In this document: in pieces, positions 9,568-19,355 of the stretch
How positions within the stretch are numbered: the first letter of the stretch is position 1
Layout: every line of letters begins with the position of its first letter
Origin: Myxococcales bacterium
GTDB taxonomy: Bacteria > Myxococcota_A > Polyangia > Polyangiales > DASUME01
Assembly (NCBI GenBank): GCA_047601445.1
Contig: JASGJH010000001.1
Span: 8,928,001-8,992,000 of the forward strand
Length of the DNA stretch: 64,000 bases
Direction: 5' to 3'
Notes under the pieces: generated by a model
Database searches by the model: none
What the model was told of the DNA's origin: nothing
The model's input: the letters and a program-made list of their open reading frames with translations, nothing else
Position numbers and translations under genes: made by a program

Positions 9568-12500
9568 ATGAAAGTCCTCTACTACCTCGAGCCGTACGTC
9601 GAATTCGGCAATCCGCTATTCCGCATGGCGACCATTCGCAATCATCTGGAGCCCGAGATCGCGGGCCTCCAGCTGGCGCGGGCGAGGGACGTTGAGGTGC
9701 GCCTCCTGTGCTCGGAGGCCGTGGCGGATGTGATTCGCGTCGAGGCTCGTTTGCCCGGTGTGCCTCTGGTGACCGTGGCGCAGGCCGAGTTGGAGCCGAT
9801 TTATCCGGAGTATCTCGAGGCGTCGGCGCGCTTCTACGAGGGAAACTACACCGGCGCAGCGCTCGAGCGCGCCATGGCATTGTACCGACGAAAGCTCGGG
9901 GCCTACGAGCCCGACGTGATCGTCTGCTACGAGTCCAACGCGCCGTTCCTGGCCAAGCTCTTTCCGCGCGCATTGTTCCTTCACAACACGCTCGGCATCT
10001 TTTCGAGAGCGCCGTTTCCGGAGACGTCTGCGCTCGATCCATTCGGTATCGGCAAGGACTCGTACCTCTCGCGCTGCGGCACCCAGCTCACGGCGCTCGA
10101 ACTCTCGGGGGCGCAACGAGCTCGGCTGGAGCGCTTGAAGGAGAGCGCGCAGCGCGCGCAGGTGGAGCGGAGCCCGCTTGCCCGGGCTGCTTTGCGGCAG
10201 GGGTACGAGCGCGTGGTGCTGCTGCCGCTGCAGGTCTCCAAGTACTTCATGTTCGACGAGAACCTCCCTGAAGAACTTCGGGGCGTCGACCAGCTGGGCC
10301 TGCTCGAGCGCGTGCTCGAAGGTGTCGACCGAAAGATCGGCGTGTGCGTTACCATGCATCGTTCGGAGGCGCGCTTGCTCACGCCGACGCGCTGCAAGGA
10401 ACTGCGCGCGCGCTTTCCCCACTTCCTCTACGACCCGGACGTGCAGCGGGTTCCCTGGCCTTCGCAGCACGTGCTTCCTCACGTGGACGGCGTGGTCACG
10501 GTCTCTTCGGCGGTCGGGCTCTTGGCGATGCTCTGGGATCTCCCGATCGTGGGCCTGGGGCGTTCGCACGTGGCCGCCATCGCATCCAGTCGTTCGCTCG
10601 CGGATTTGCCGAGCTTGCTCTCGAACCCACCGCACGGTGCCCGCGACGGGGCGCTCTATCATCTGCTCACGACCTACTACCCGCAGATGGACCGCTTCCA
10701 CCATCAAGGAGACTGGTATCGGGGCTTTCTGGCGGACTGTCACGCGCGCAAGGACGAGCCGTGTCGCCTCGGATTCTTCCGTGAGATCGCCGATCCGGAC
10801 CAAGTCTTCGAGGGCCTCATCCAGGGCCTGCGCGCCGACGAGGCGAACTCTGCAGCGAGCGCGACGTCCATGAAGGGCACGATGGGAACGAGCCAGGGTG
10901 GGGCGCTGCGCAGCAAGCTGCAGCAGGCGGACGTGGTGTCGTTCGACGTATTCGACACGCTGGTGACGCGCCCGCTCTCGGAGCCGAACGCGCTGTTCGA
11001 CTTGATCGCAGAGCCGGCCAGTCAAGCCTTGCTTCGTCATGGCGTGCGCATCGAGGACTTCGGCGAGTTCTCCGAGCTGCGCCGGCAGGCCGCCAAGCAT
11101 GCGTCGGCCGAGGCCCTCGAGAGCGGCTCCGAGGAATACAACCTCTTGCTGGTGTACGGGTGGTTGGTCCGCAAGCTCGGCGCTCCGCAGGCCTTGGTCG
11201 AGGAGCTCAAGGCCATCGAAGAGCAGGCGGAACTCACCATCGCGTTGCCGCGCGAGGCGGGGCGCGAGGCCTATCAGCAGGCGTTGAACCTGCGCAAGCG
11301 CGTGCTCTTGATCTCGGATACCTATCTGGATTCGCGCTTGGTGGCCGACATCGTGAAGCGCTGCGGCTACACGGGGTTCGAGCGACTCTTCGTGTCGTCT
11401 GACTTCGGCAAGCTGAAGCGCACGGGGAACCTCTACGGGCAAGTTCGGCTGCTGGTGGGGGCCGGGCAGCGTTGGCTCCACGTCGGAGATAACTCGCTCT
11501 CGGATGTACGCGTGCCGGAGCGGCTCGGGATTGGCGCCTATCATCTGTCGAGCGCCACCACGCACTACGCCAACGATCCGCTGGTGCGGGCTGCCTTGCC
11601 GTCCAAGCCTGGCACGAGCTTGGGCGCACGCATCGCAAGCGGCGTGATCGCGCGCAAGTTCTTCGACCGGCCTACCGCGAGTCCGCGAGAAGCCCGCTTC
11701 GACGGCAGCCCCTATCGACTCGGCTTCGAGGCGGGGGGGCCGCTCTTCCTGGGGTTCGCCAGCTGGATCCTCGAGGAGGCCCGGCGCGACGGCATCACGG
11801 ATCTCTATTTCCTCGCGCGCGACGGGCTCGTGCCGAAGCAGGTCAGCGAGCTCTTGCTCGAGGGCGGTGGGGAAGGGCCGGCGACGCACTACATCTGGGC
11901 CTCGCGTCGGGCCTATCTCACCGCGGCGCTCGAGACTCCCTCCGACGTGCTCTCGACCCTCGGCTTGCTCTTCCGCACCGCGACGGTGCGCAGCTTCTTC
12001 GGTGAGCGTTTCGGGCTCGAGGAAGCGGCGCTGGTGCCCGGATCGCTGAGCGCGGCGGGGTTCGGTTCCATCGATGATCCCATCGTTCAAGACGATGCCA
12101 CGGACATGGCACGCCTGCGCACGTTGGTGCTGGCCAATGTGGACGGCGTCCTCGCTCGTGCGAGCCAGGAGCGTGAGCTCTTGATGGGCTACTTGAGGGA
12201 GCGCGGACTGTTCGATCCGCACCGCAAGATCGCGCTGGTGGATCTCGGTCACAACGCGTCACTGCAGGTGGCGCTCGCGCGCCTCTCGGGCCGCAAGGAT
12301 CTCGTGGGGTACTACTTCGCGACCTTCAAGGGCGCGCGAGGTCCCTACCTGCAAGGGCACGCTCTGAAGAGTTACCTGATCGAGTTCGAGGACGCCGCGC
12401 GCAGCGATCATCCCTATGCCCGCAACCTGGGGGTCTTCGAGTTCCTGTTTCTGCCCCCCGAGCCTTCCTTCATGCGCTTCGAGCAGACGTCGCAGGGAGA

Positions 12501-12966
12501 GCGGCGGCCCGTGTTCGCCGAGGTCGACGAGCGGCCTCGCTTCGACGTGGTGCGGGAAGTGCAGCGCGGAGCCCTCGATTTTGCCAGGGACGCCGTGCAG
12601 GCCAGCCTCGGACAGCGGCAGGCGCTCGGCATGTCGAAGAACGAGGCGACGCGTTCTTTCGCCAAGTACTGCGTCGAGCCCGACTTGGCCGACGCCGAGC
12701 TGTTGAACGGTATCGGTTTCGCGAGCGGTCTCGGCAGTCGCGACGTGCACTACCTGATCGCGCCAGTGAGCTTCCACCAACACCGTGTCAATGAGAGCTG
12801 GTGGCGGATCGGCGCGGAGGTGGTGGTCGGTCTGCGGTCGAGCAAACCGAGCGCGCTGGGTGACGCGGGGGCCTGGAAGCGCAAGCTGCTGAAGCTCCAG
12901 CGCGATCCCGGGCGCTTCTTGTCGGACATGCGGCTCGTGCGCAAGTTGCGCGAGTTCGTGGACTGA
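9568..12966 (+). CDS. Multidomain capsule polymerase candidate: GT99/GT107-like beta-Kdo transferase + HAD phosphatase + PRPP-dependent ribofuranosyltransferase-like domain
   Basis: N-terminus has GIFSRAPFP...DPFG, LLPLQVSKYFMFD and DGVVTVSSAVG. HAD motifs SFDVFDTL, ISDTY and HVGDNSLSD. Then YFLARDG, ASRR and VDLGHNASLQ (PRT-like loop). Confidence 0.75.
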   Translation: MKVLYYLEPYVEFGNPLFRMATIRNHLEPEIAGLQLARARDVEVRLLCSEAVADVIRVEARLPGVPLVTVAQAELEPIYPEYLEASARFYEGNYTGAALERAMALYRRKLGAYEPDVIVCYESNAPFLAKLFPRALFLHNTLGIFSRAPFPETSALDPFGIGKDSYLSRCGTQLTALELSGAQRARLERLKESAQRAQVERSPLARAALRQGYERVVLLPLQVSKYFMFDENLPEELRGVDQLGLLERVLEGVDRKIGVCVTMHRSEARLLTPTRCKELRARFPHFLYDPDVQRVPWPSQHVLPHVDGVVTVSSAVGLLAMLWDLPIVGLGRSHVAAIASSRSLADLPSLLSNPPHGARDGALYHLLTTYYPQMDRFHHQGDWYRGFLADCHARKDEPCRLGFFREIADPDQVFEGLIQGLRADEANSAASATSMKGTMGTSQGGALRSKLQQADVVSFDVFDTLVTRPLSEPNALFDLIAEPASQALLRHGVRIEDFGEFSELRRQAAKHASAEALESGSEEYNLLLVYGWLVRKLGAPQALVEELKAIEEQAELTIALPREAGREAYQQALNLRKRVLLISDTYLDSRLVADIVKRCGYTGFERLFVSSDFGKLKRTGNLYGQVRLLVGAGQRWLHVGDNSLSDVRVPERLGIGAYHLSSATTHYANDPLVRAALPSKPGTSLGARIASGVIARKFFDRPTASPREARFDGSPYRLGFEAGGPLFLGFASWILEEARRDGITDLYFLARDGLVPKQVSELLLEGGGEGPATHYIWASRRAYLTAALETPSDVLSTLGLLFRTATVRSFFGERFGLEEAALVPGSLSAAGFGSIDDPIVQDDATDMARLRTLVLANVDGVLARASQERELLMGYLRERGLFDPHRKIALVDLGHNASLQVALARLSGRKDLVGYYFATFKGARGPYLQGHALKSYLIEFEDAARSDHPYARNLGVFEFLFLPPEPSFMRFEQTSQGERRPVFAEVDERPRFDVVREVQRGALDFARDAVQASLGQRQALGMSKNEATRSFAKYCVEPDLADAELLNGIGFASGLGSRDVHYLIAPVSFHQHRVNESWWRIGAEVVVGLRSSKPSALGDAGAWKRKLLKLQRDPGRFLSDMRLVRKLREFVD

Positions 12967-12975
12967 AGCGGAGTC

Positions 12976-14106
12976 TTATCGCTTGGGCGTGCGCAGGCGC
13001 GTGGCGAGCTTTTTGGCCTTGTAGGCGAGCGTGGAGCGTTGCAGTACGGTGATGCGCTCGGCCAAGCGAGAGAGCTCCTTGGACACGCGCTCGACCTCGG
13101 GGTCCAGCGTCGGCGCGGCGATCTTGCGCGCCTCGAGACGTGAGGCTGCGCGCAGGGCATGGCCCTGCCAGTCGGGTCTTAGCGCGCTCGCGGCCATCTC
13201 CGTGCGCACGAGGAGCTGCAGACGCGCGAGCTTGAGCTCCGACACCTCGAACGGGAGCAAGTAGGCATCGGGCGCGCGGCGCATGTCAACGAACGAGCTG
13301 GCCAAGTCGAAGGCATTGAAGAAACTCTTGTACGCCGGCCGGGAAGCGAGCGTCGGTGCATGCTCGCCGCGATAGACGAGCGTCGGCTTGTGGTGACGTT
13401 GGAGGTCGAGCAGCGTGGTCGAGACGCAGCTGACGCCGAAGGCACACTGCGGGACGAGGGCCTCGGCCGGCAGCTCGCGTTCGAAGCTCACGTTGCGCAG
13501 ACGATAGTCCTCCAGCAGGGCCAAGGCGCTCTCGGCATCATCGCGCCGAAGCTCCCCCGGGTGCGGTCGAAACACGAAGTGCAGATCGGGCTGGTGCGCT
13601 GCCAGCTTGAGCACGGCGATCGCGAACTGGTGACGATCGCGCTCGGGCACGCGATCGCTGCTCGTGACCAGGACGAAGCCAGTGCGCCCGGGAGTCTGTG
13701 CGGGGCGACAGGCGGACTTCAGATAGCCGATCCCGTCGTCGCCCTCCCAGCGCAAGAGCTGCCTGGCGCCGTGTCCGATGGCGAAGGCGTGAGGTTCATC
13801 GAATTGAAGGAAGCGATGCTGAATTTCGAGGGTGGATAGCCCGATCTCCCGGAACAGTTCCAGCAGCTCGAGGTTGTCGAGATTCTCGGGGCGGCGCGCG
13901 CCGGAGAACACCACCAGCAGAGCGAAGTTGTTGGGGTTGAGCGCACACAGGGCTGCGTCGTGGCCGGCGATGGGGAACTTGCCCGCGTGACGCTTGGCCA
14001 GGAGCTCATCGGCGAACAGCACGAAGCAAGCCTGGGGTGCCACGGCATCGATGAAGCAGGCGGCCAGAGAGACCTCCTCTTCGCGGCGCACACTAACGAG
14101 AATCAT
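12976..14106 (-). CDS. Hypothetical GT-B-like capsule protein with C-terminal coiled-coil/basic tail
   Basis: 376 aa. EIQHRF, FRPHPGE and VSTTLLD resemble the HP and S/T-T motifs of CMP-sugar transferases. ATGA overlap with the upstream GT gene. Confidence 0.6.
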   Translation of the reverse strand: MILVSVRREEEVSLAACFIDAVAPQACFVLFADELLAKRHAGKFPIAGHDAALCALNPNNFALLVVFSGARRPENLDNLELLELFREIGLSTLEIQHRFLQFDEPHAFAIGHGARQLLRWEGDDGIGYLKSACRPAQTPGRTGFVLVTSSDRVPERDRHQFAIAVLKLAAHQPDLHFVFRPHPGELRRDDAESALALLEDYRLRNVSFERELPAEALVPQCAFGVSCVSTTLLDLQRHHKPTLVYRGEHAPTLASRPAYKSFFNAFDLASSFVDMRRAPDAYLLPFEVSELKLARLQLLVRTEMAASALRPDWQGHALRAASRLEARKIAAPTLDPEVERVSKELSRLAERITVLQRSTLAYKAKKLATRLRTPKR

Positions 14107-15254
14107 GGGGACCTCGGGACGGGAGCAAGGCTGAACTCGTGCTCGCGGGCGGACAACAGGGCATGCAGTTGATCACGGAAGGTGTCGCCACGGCTGGCCA
14201 CAGTGTGATGGTCGAGCACGTCGCGGTGAGCGGTTTGGGCCAGGCGTCGTAGCAGCTCGGGCGAGTCGTAGAGGGCGCACAGGGCGTCGTGCCAGTCGCG
14301 CTCGGTCTCGGCGAACATGCCGTTCTCGCCAGCGCGGATCAGGGCGCGGAACTCCTGGCGGGGGCTGGCGATCACCGGCACGGACACGAGCCCGCACTCC
14401 AGGTATTTGAGGGCCGACTTGCAGTCGTTGAAGGCGGTGTCCTCGAGCGGAACCAGGCACGCATCATGGCTCGCGACGAAACCGGGGAGCTCGGTCATCG
14501 GTAGCTTCGCCACGGCCTGCACCTGCGGGAACGCGCGGGCTTCCCAGGGGAGATCGAGCGGTCCTAGCAGGGTCAGGCGCACGTCCGCGTGCGTCTCCAA
14601 GAAACGCCACAGGGCGGGTGCCAGGGCACGGAAATCGGCGTCGTGGGTCTTGGTGCCGGTCATGAACAGGATGCGCTCGAGCTTGCGCGGCACCTTTGCG
14701 AGCGGGCGCATGGTGGTCTCGTCGACGGCGTTGCGAGAGACCATGGCGGGGATGCCGAGTCCATCGAGCTCGTGACGCAGGCGCTCCGTGGACACGAAGA
14801 CCTGGTCGAACGCAGGCAAGAGACGCAGCGTGTTGCGTTGGGTCTGGAGGATCCATACCAGCGCGGCCTGGTCCTGCTTGTTGAGGGCCTTGGTGCGCAT
14901 GTAGCCCGTGTTGCGGGCCTCCCAGGGCGTGAAGATGCGGTCGTCGAGATCGCCGCACACGAGCTTTCCGTAGCTGCGCGCGCGCTCGATGAGCTCGATC
15001 GTGCCGGGCTGCCAGGTGCAGCGGGACAGGATCACCGCGTCGGCGGCCTTCAAGTCCGCTGGCTTGGCGTCGCCCCAAAACATGACCCGCGCCTTGGCCC
15101 CAGCCTGGACCAACTCCTTGGCCTTGAACACGCAGCGATAGATGCGGCTTCCGTCCTGCTCGCGTTGTTCGCCGGACAGTAGGAGGACCTGGAGCTGGGG
15201 CTTGGAAGTCGGCATGGAGGTGGGGCCAATCGGCACTCGCCCGATATCATACAT
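14103..15254 (-). CDS. Glycosyltransferase, GT4-like
   Basis: SRIYRC, DLDDRIF, GTKTHDADF and PLEDTAFNDCKSALKYLE..VPVIASP. The true start may be ATG at 15215. Confidence 0.85.
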   Translation of the reverse strand: MYDIGRVPIGPTSMPTSKPQLQVLLLSGEQREQDGSRIYRCVFKAKELVQAGAKARVMFWGDAKPADLKAADAVILSRCTWQPGTIELIERARSYGKLVCGDLDDRIFTPWEARNTGYMRTKALNKQDQAALVWILQTQRNTLRLLPAFDQVFVSTERLRHELDGLGIPAMVSRNAVDETTMRPLAKVPRKLERILFMTGTKTHDADFRALAPALWRFLETHADVRLTLLGPLDLPWEARAFPQVQAVAKLPMTELPGFVASHDACLVPLEDTAFNDCKSALKYLECGLVSVPVIASPRQEFRALIRAGENGMFAETERDWHDALCALYDSPELLRRLAQTAHRDVLDHHTVASRGDTFRDQLHALLSAREHEFSLAPVPRSP

Positions 15255-15447
15255 GAATCCCGCTGGCCACGGGACCTGCTAAGGGTGCCGGCGCAGCCGT
15301 GGTGCGGGCCTGCTGCCCGCGCGGATGCGGTTGGCGTTCACGGCGCCTTCTTGTTATCACCGCTGCTCCGTTTTCACTGCGCTCGAGCGGTGAGTTAAAG
15401 GCGCGATGCTTCACGACTTGCCCAGCTACCGTAGGCGTTGTCGGTCG

Positions 15448-17596
15448 GTGATTGGCCTCGAGGATCTCACGATGGTCCTGGCCGTCCGGCTGCACCAGGG
15501 CAATCCCTGGCTGCTCGACCGCATCACGGTCCTTCGCCAGCACTACCGTGAGCTTCCTGCCACCGTGGTGGTCGACTTCGGCTCGGCCGAGCCGTTTCGC
15601 TCGCAGCTCGCGTCCGTGTGCGCTGCGAACGGACTCATCTACGTCTTCGAGGACGACCAGGGGACCTACTCGGCGGCCCGAGCGCGCAACCTCGGTGCCC
15701 GGGCTAGCCAGACCGCGTTGCTGTTCTTCAACGACGTGGACTGCTTTGGCGAAGCCGACTTGTTCGAGCGCCTGGTGGAGCACGCCAATCGCCTCGAGAT
15801 GGGGAGCTACCTCGAGCAAGTGGTGAACCTGCCCGTGTACTCTCTGGGCGAGGACGAGACAAACGAAGTGTGGAGCGCACCGCCCGCCGTGCGCGGGGAG
15901 CTCCTGGCGCGCGGCATGATCCGCAAGGCCTACCAGCGCTTCGATACCCAGGCTTACCAGTACGTGGACCCGGCTTCGAACTTCTTCCTGATCCGGCGCG
16001 ACTTCTTCGAGCTGGTCGGGGGCTACAACGAGAGCTTCCGCGGACATGGTTCGGAGGACTTCGAGTTCTTCCTTCGACTCGCACACTACACCGATCAGTT
16101 TCCCTTGCCGGAAGCCTTCGAGCGCGACCTCTATTCGCCAGCCAACCCTGCTTTCTTCGGCCACAAGCTGTATCGCGGCTTTCGGCGCTACATGGAGTTG
16201 ATGGCCTTCCAGGCCGAGTGCGCCGGCCTGCGCGTCGCTCACCTCTACCACGCGCGCGGACAGGGCAGCTGGTACGAGCAGAAGGACCGCGGAAAACGCC
16301 GCTTTGCCGAGCAGATCGAGGGCTACCGCAAGAGCCCCAGCCAACTGCTCGAGCGTGACTGGCTGCCGCGCGAGAAGCGCGCGCTCGTCCTGCTCAAGCA
16401 CGAACAGCAATATCAGTACTTCCTGCCGTTGCGTCTGCTCGGCTACCGGCTGCAGCTCATGTTGTCAGGCGACGCCGAGAGCGAGGGGCGCGCACGCCAG
16501 GCGCTCGAGTCGGGGCAGGTCGACGTGGTGGCCGTGTTCAATCCCTACATGGGATCTCACAAGGAACTTTGGCCGTGGGTCGAGCGGGCACGGGCGAAGG
16601 GCGTGAAGCTCCTGGTCACCGACCGCGGCATGCTGCCGGAGAGCTGGTTCTTCGCCGAAGACATGCCCTACGGCGACTCCGAGTACACCCAGCTCGATCC
16701 CGCGCGCTGGCTCTTCGACGAGGAGGAACTGGGAGATCGCCCGCGAGTACGCGCGCACGCTGCGCAAGGGAGGGGTCACGCTCGAGCAAAACGGGGACTT
16801 CGAAGCCACGGTCGCCCGACGTAGGGGCCCGGCAGGGCAGCTCTGCGTGCTCATCCCACTGCAGCTCGACGATGACGTGGCAGTGACCTTTTTCCACGCC
16901 GCGCACGAGCCTTACGCCAAGTTCGTGGCCGACATCGCCCAGGTGGCCAAGGCGCATCCCCAGGTGCGCTTCCTGGTGAAGACGCACCCGCTCTCCAAGC
17001 GGCCCTTCGAGGCCCGCGCCGAGAACATCGTGGTGTGCGACAGCGATGACAACATCCATGCGCTGATCGAGCTGTGTGATGCCCTGGTCTGCTTCAACAG
17101 CGGCGTGGGCTTTCTCGGCTTGATCCACGAAAAGCCGCTCGTGACGGTGGGTAACGCATTCTACAACCTGCCTGGTACGGGGCAGCGTGCGAGCGCCTTG
17201 GCGCAAGCCTTGGCGCAGGTCGTGGCCCAGCGCAGCGCGCCCGAACCCGAGCTGATGACCCGCTATCTGGCCTGGCACCTCTTCCACAAGTACGCCTTCT
17301 TCAAGGCGACCTCCGAGATCCAGGAGCTGCGCACGCGCCGCGCCCATCACTACCGGAACCTGCTTCCTTATCAGCTCGCGGGAGACCAGCTGGCCTCGCT
17401 CCGCGCCTCGGTGGATTACCGCTTCGACCCCGCGTCTTACGCAGCGGGCAAGCTCGTGGTCTCGGCCAGCCCGCTCGCAGGGGGGGTCCGCCTCAGAAAC
17501 GAGGGCTCCTTGCTGCTGCGCAAGCTGCGCAAGCTGGCCCGAGACCCAAGGCGCTTCGCGCGCGATTCGAAGCTGGGGCGCAAGATCCTGGGGTGA
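15448..17596 (+). pseudogene. Frameshifted GT2 + KpsS/KpsC-like (GT107-type) bifunctional capsule protein
   Basis: ORFs 15406-16824 (VVDFGS, ARNLG, FNDVD, GGYNESFRGHGSEDFE, DRGMLP) and 16847-17596 (PLQLDDD, VKTHPL, NSGVG) join in one frame if one G is removed from GGG at 16731-16733. This may be a sequencing error. Start is approximate. Confidence 0.8.
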
Positions 17597-17611
17597 GAGG
17601 GAGTCTTCTCC

Positions 17612-19333
17612 GTGGCGTCGGGGCATGCCTCTGCTACCGCCTTGGAACGAGGAACCTGCTTGCTTCGCCTTCTCGCAATCTGGTCTGGCTTGTTTCTGCT
17701 CCTGGTGGGCTGTGGCTTGTCGGTGGCGTTCGTCCTGGAGCGCTTGGGAGGGGATCGCTTTCGCAGACCCGTGACGACGACTCAGGCCTTCTGGTTCGGC
17801 TACGTGATCACGATCGCCTTTTTGCAGCTGTGGTCGCTGGCGTTTCCGATTCGGCTACCGGCCTTGCTGGTGCTCGTGGGCTTGAGCGCACTCGGGTTCT
17901 TCGTCTCGGGGGATCCGCTCCGAGCCCGGCTGCGGGCCTGGCGTCACCGACCCCGTCGCGTGTTGGCGTTGAGTGCGTTCACGATCGTCATCGCCGTCGT
18001 GGTGGCGTTGTATGCGGTTAACACGGTCATCTGGTACGACACGCACCTGTACCATCTGCAGGCCGTCAAGTGGGCACGCTTCCACCCGGCCATACCGGGC
18101 ATCGCCAACCTGCATAGTCGGCTGGCTTTCAACAACAGCATCCATCTGTTCGCGGCGATGACGGAGTCGTTCTGGAAGGCGCAGTCGTCCCATATTGCGC
18201 TCGGCTTCCTGACGACCGTCGTGCTCGTGCAGCTGGTCGCCCCACTGATCCAGCGCGTCGACCATCGTCAAGGTCGGCGCTCCGTGGCGTTCGCTCTGGT
18301 GATGGTGCCGTTCCTCCTCAGTCGCTTGCCGTCCCAGGAGGTCAACTCACTGTCCACGGATCTGGCGCTGGAGCTGCTCTGCATCGCATTCATCATGGAG
18401 CTCTTGCGCTTCGACTCCCGGCGCGAGGTTGGGCTGCAGCTCGCGCTCCTCTTGGGGCTGGCCGCGGCGGCCACGACCACCAAGCTCGGGGCGCTCGCGC
18501 TCGCGATGACGGGCCTCGCGCTCGCGGGGTTCGTGCTCCGCAAGGGAGGCCATGGCGCACGCACCCTGCTGGCGGTGGCTCTACCGTCCGCACTGGTCGC
18601 CGTCGGCTACGTCGCGCGCCATGGCGTGCTTTCGGGTTGGTTGCTGTTCCCGGTGCCGGTCGCTCAGCTGCCGGTGTCGTGGGCCTACGCGCGCGAAGAT
18701 GCGATCGCGTTGTTCCGTTGCATCGAAAGCTGGGCAAAAATCCCCGGTGTGACGCCTGATGAGGTCCTCGACCACGGCTTCCGGCACTGGTTCGATCCCT
18801 GGTTCAGGCGGATCCAGGGCTCGCGCGAGCTCTTGCTGCTCGCGATCAGCGTGCTGTTCGCGCTGCTGCGCTTCGCGTCCCCCCGCGGGAAAGCCTCGGT
18901 GGTCGATCGCTTTGCCATCGGCGGCGTGGCTCTGTCCCTCATGTTCTGGTTTCGCGGGGCCCCCGATCTGCGCTTCGGGGCGGTGTTCTTCTGGTTGCTG
19001 TTGGCCGTGTTGCTCGTCGAGCCTGTGGCCCGCATCTGCCAGACCCAGGCGGGGGCAGTGGTGGCGCTCGGCCTCAGCCTGGCGCTCGCCAACTGGGCAG
19101 GCGGCATCAGGGTCGGCTTCGAGCTCCCCGCGTCCCTGACCGACATTCCGCCGATCACTCCGATGGCCGCCACGAAAAAGGTCGAGCTGTCCCCGGGGTT
19201 GATCTCCTATGTGACCCTGGATGGTGGGGACCAATGCAGCAATTCCCCGCTACCCTGCACACCGTACCCCCTCGGGCAGCGGTTGCGGGAGGGCAAGAAC
19301 TTGAGGGCTGGTTTCCTGGCCAAGCCTCGCTAA
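17612..19333 (+). CDS. Polytopic membrane protein, LIC_10190-like / putative GT-C fold
   Basis: More than 12 hydrophobic segments; WYDTHLYHLQAVKW, PGIANLHSRLAFNNS, STD, GAPDLRF and the terminal CSNSPLPCTPY. Start is uncertain. Confidence 0.75.
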   Translation: MASGHASATALERGTCLLRLLAIWSGLFLLLVGCGLSVAFVLERLGGDRFRRPVTTTQAFWFGYVITIAFLQLWSLAFPIRLPALLVLVGLSALGFFVSGDPLRARLRAWRHRPRRVLALSAFTIVIAVVVALYAVNTVIWYDTHLYHLQAVKWARFHPAIPGIANLHSRLAFNNSIHLFAAMTESFWKAQSSHIALGFLTTVVLVQLVAPLIQRVDHRQGRRSVAFALVMVPFLLSRLPSQEVNSLSTDLALELLCIAFIMELLRFDSRREVGLQLALLLGLAAAATTTKLGALALAMTGLALAGFVLRKGGHGARTLLAVALPSALVAVGYVARHGVLSGWLLFPVPVAQLPVSWAYAREDAIALFRCIESWAKIPGVTPDEVLDHGFRHWFDPWFRRIQGSRELLLLAISVLFALLRFASPRGKASVVDRFAIGGVALSLMFWFRGAPDLRFGAVFFWLLLAVLLVEPVARICQTQAGAVVALGLSLALANWAGGIRVGFELPASLTDIPPITPMAATKKVELSPGLISYVTLDGGDQCSNSPLPCTPYPLGQRLREGKNLRAGFLAKPR

Positions 19334-19355
19334 ATCTCACCGCGGAAAGACGGCG

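Noticed and set aside
11733..11739. G7 runs (also 17480-17486 and 51201-51207) as phase-variation tracts
   Set aside because: Short, reading frames intact, and plausible by chance at this GC content.
9616..12252. 878-aa minus-strand ORF (likewise 22159-24942, 30171-31712, 42391-44001, 55964-57673)
   Set aside because: Long antisense or off-frame ORFs are expected in high-GC coding DNA; the overlapping genes carry the recognisable motifs.
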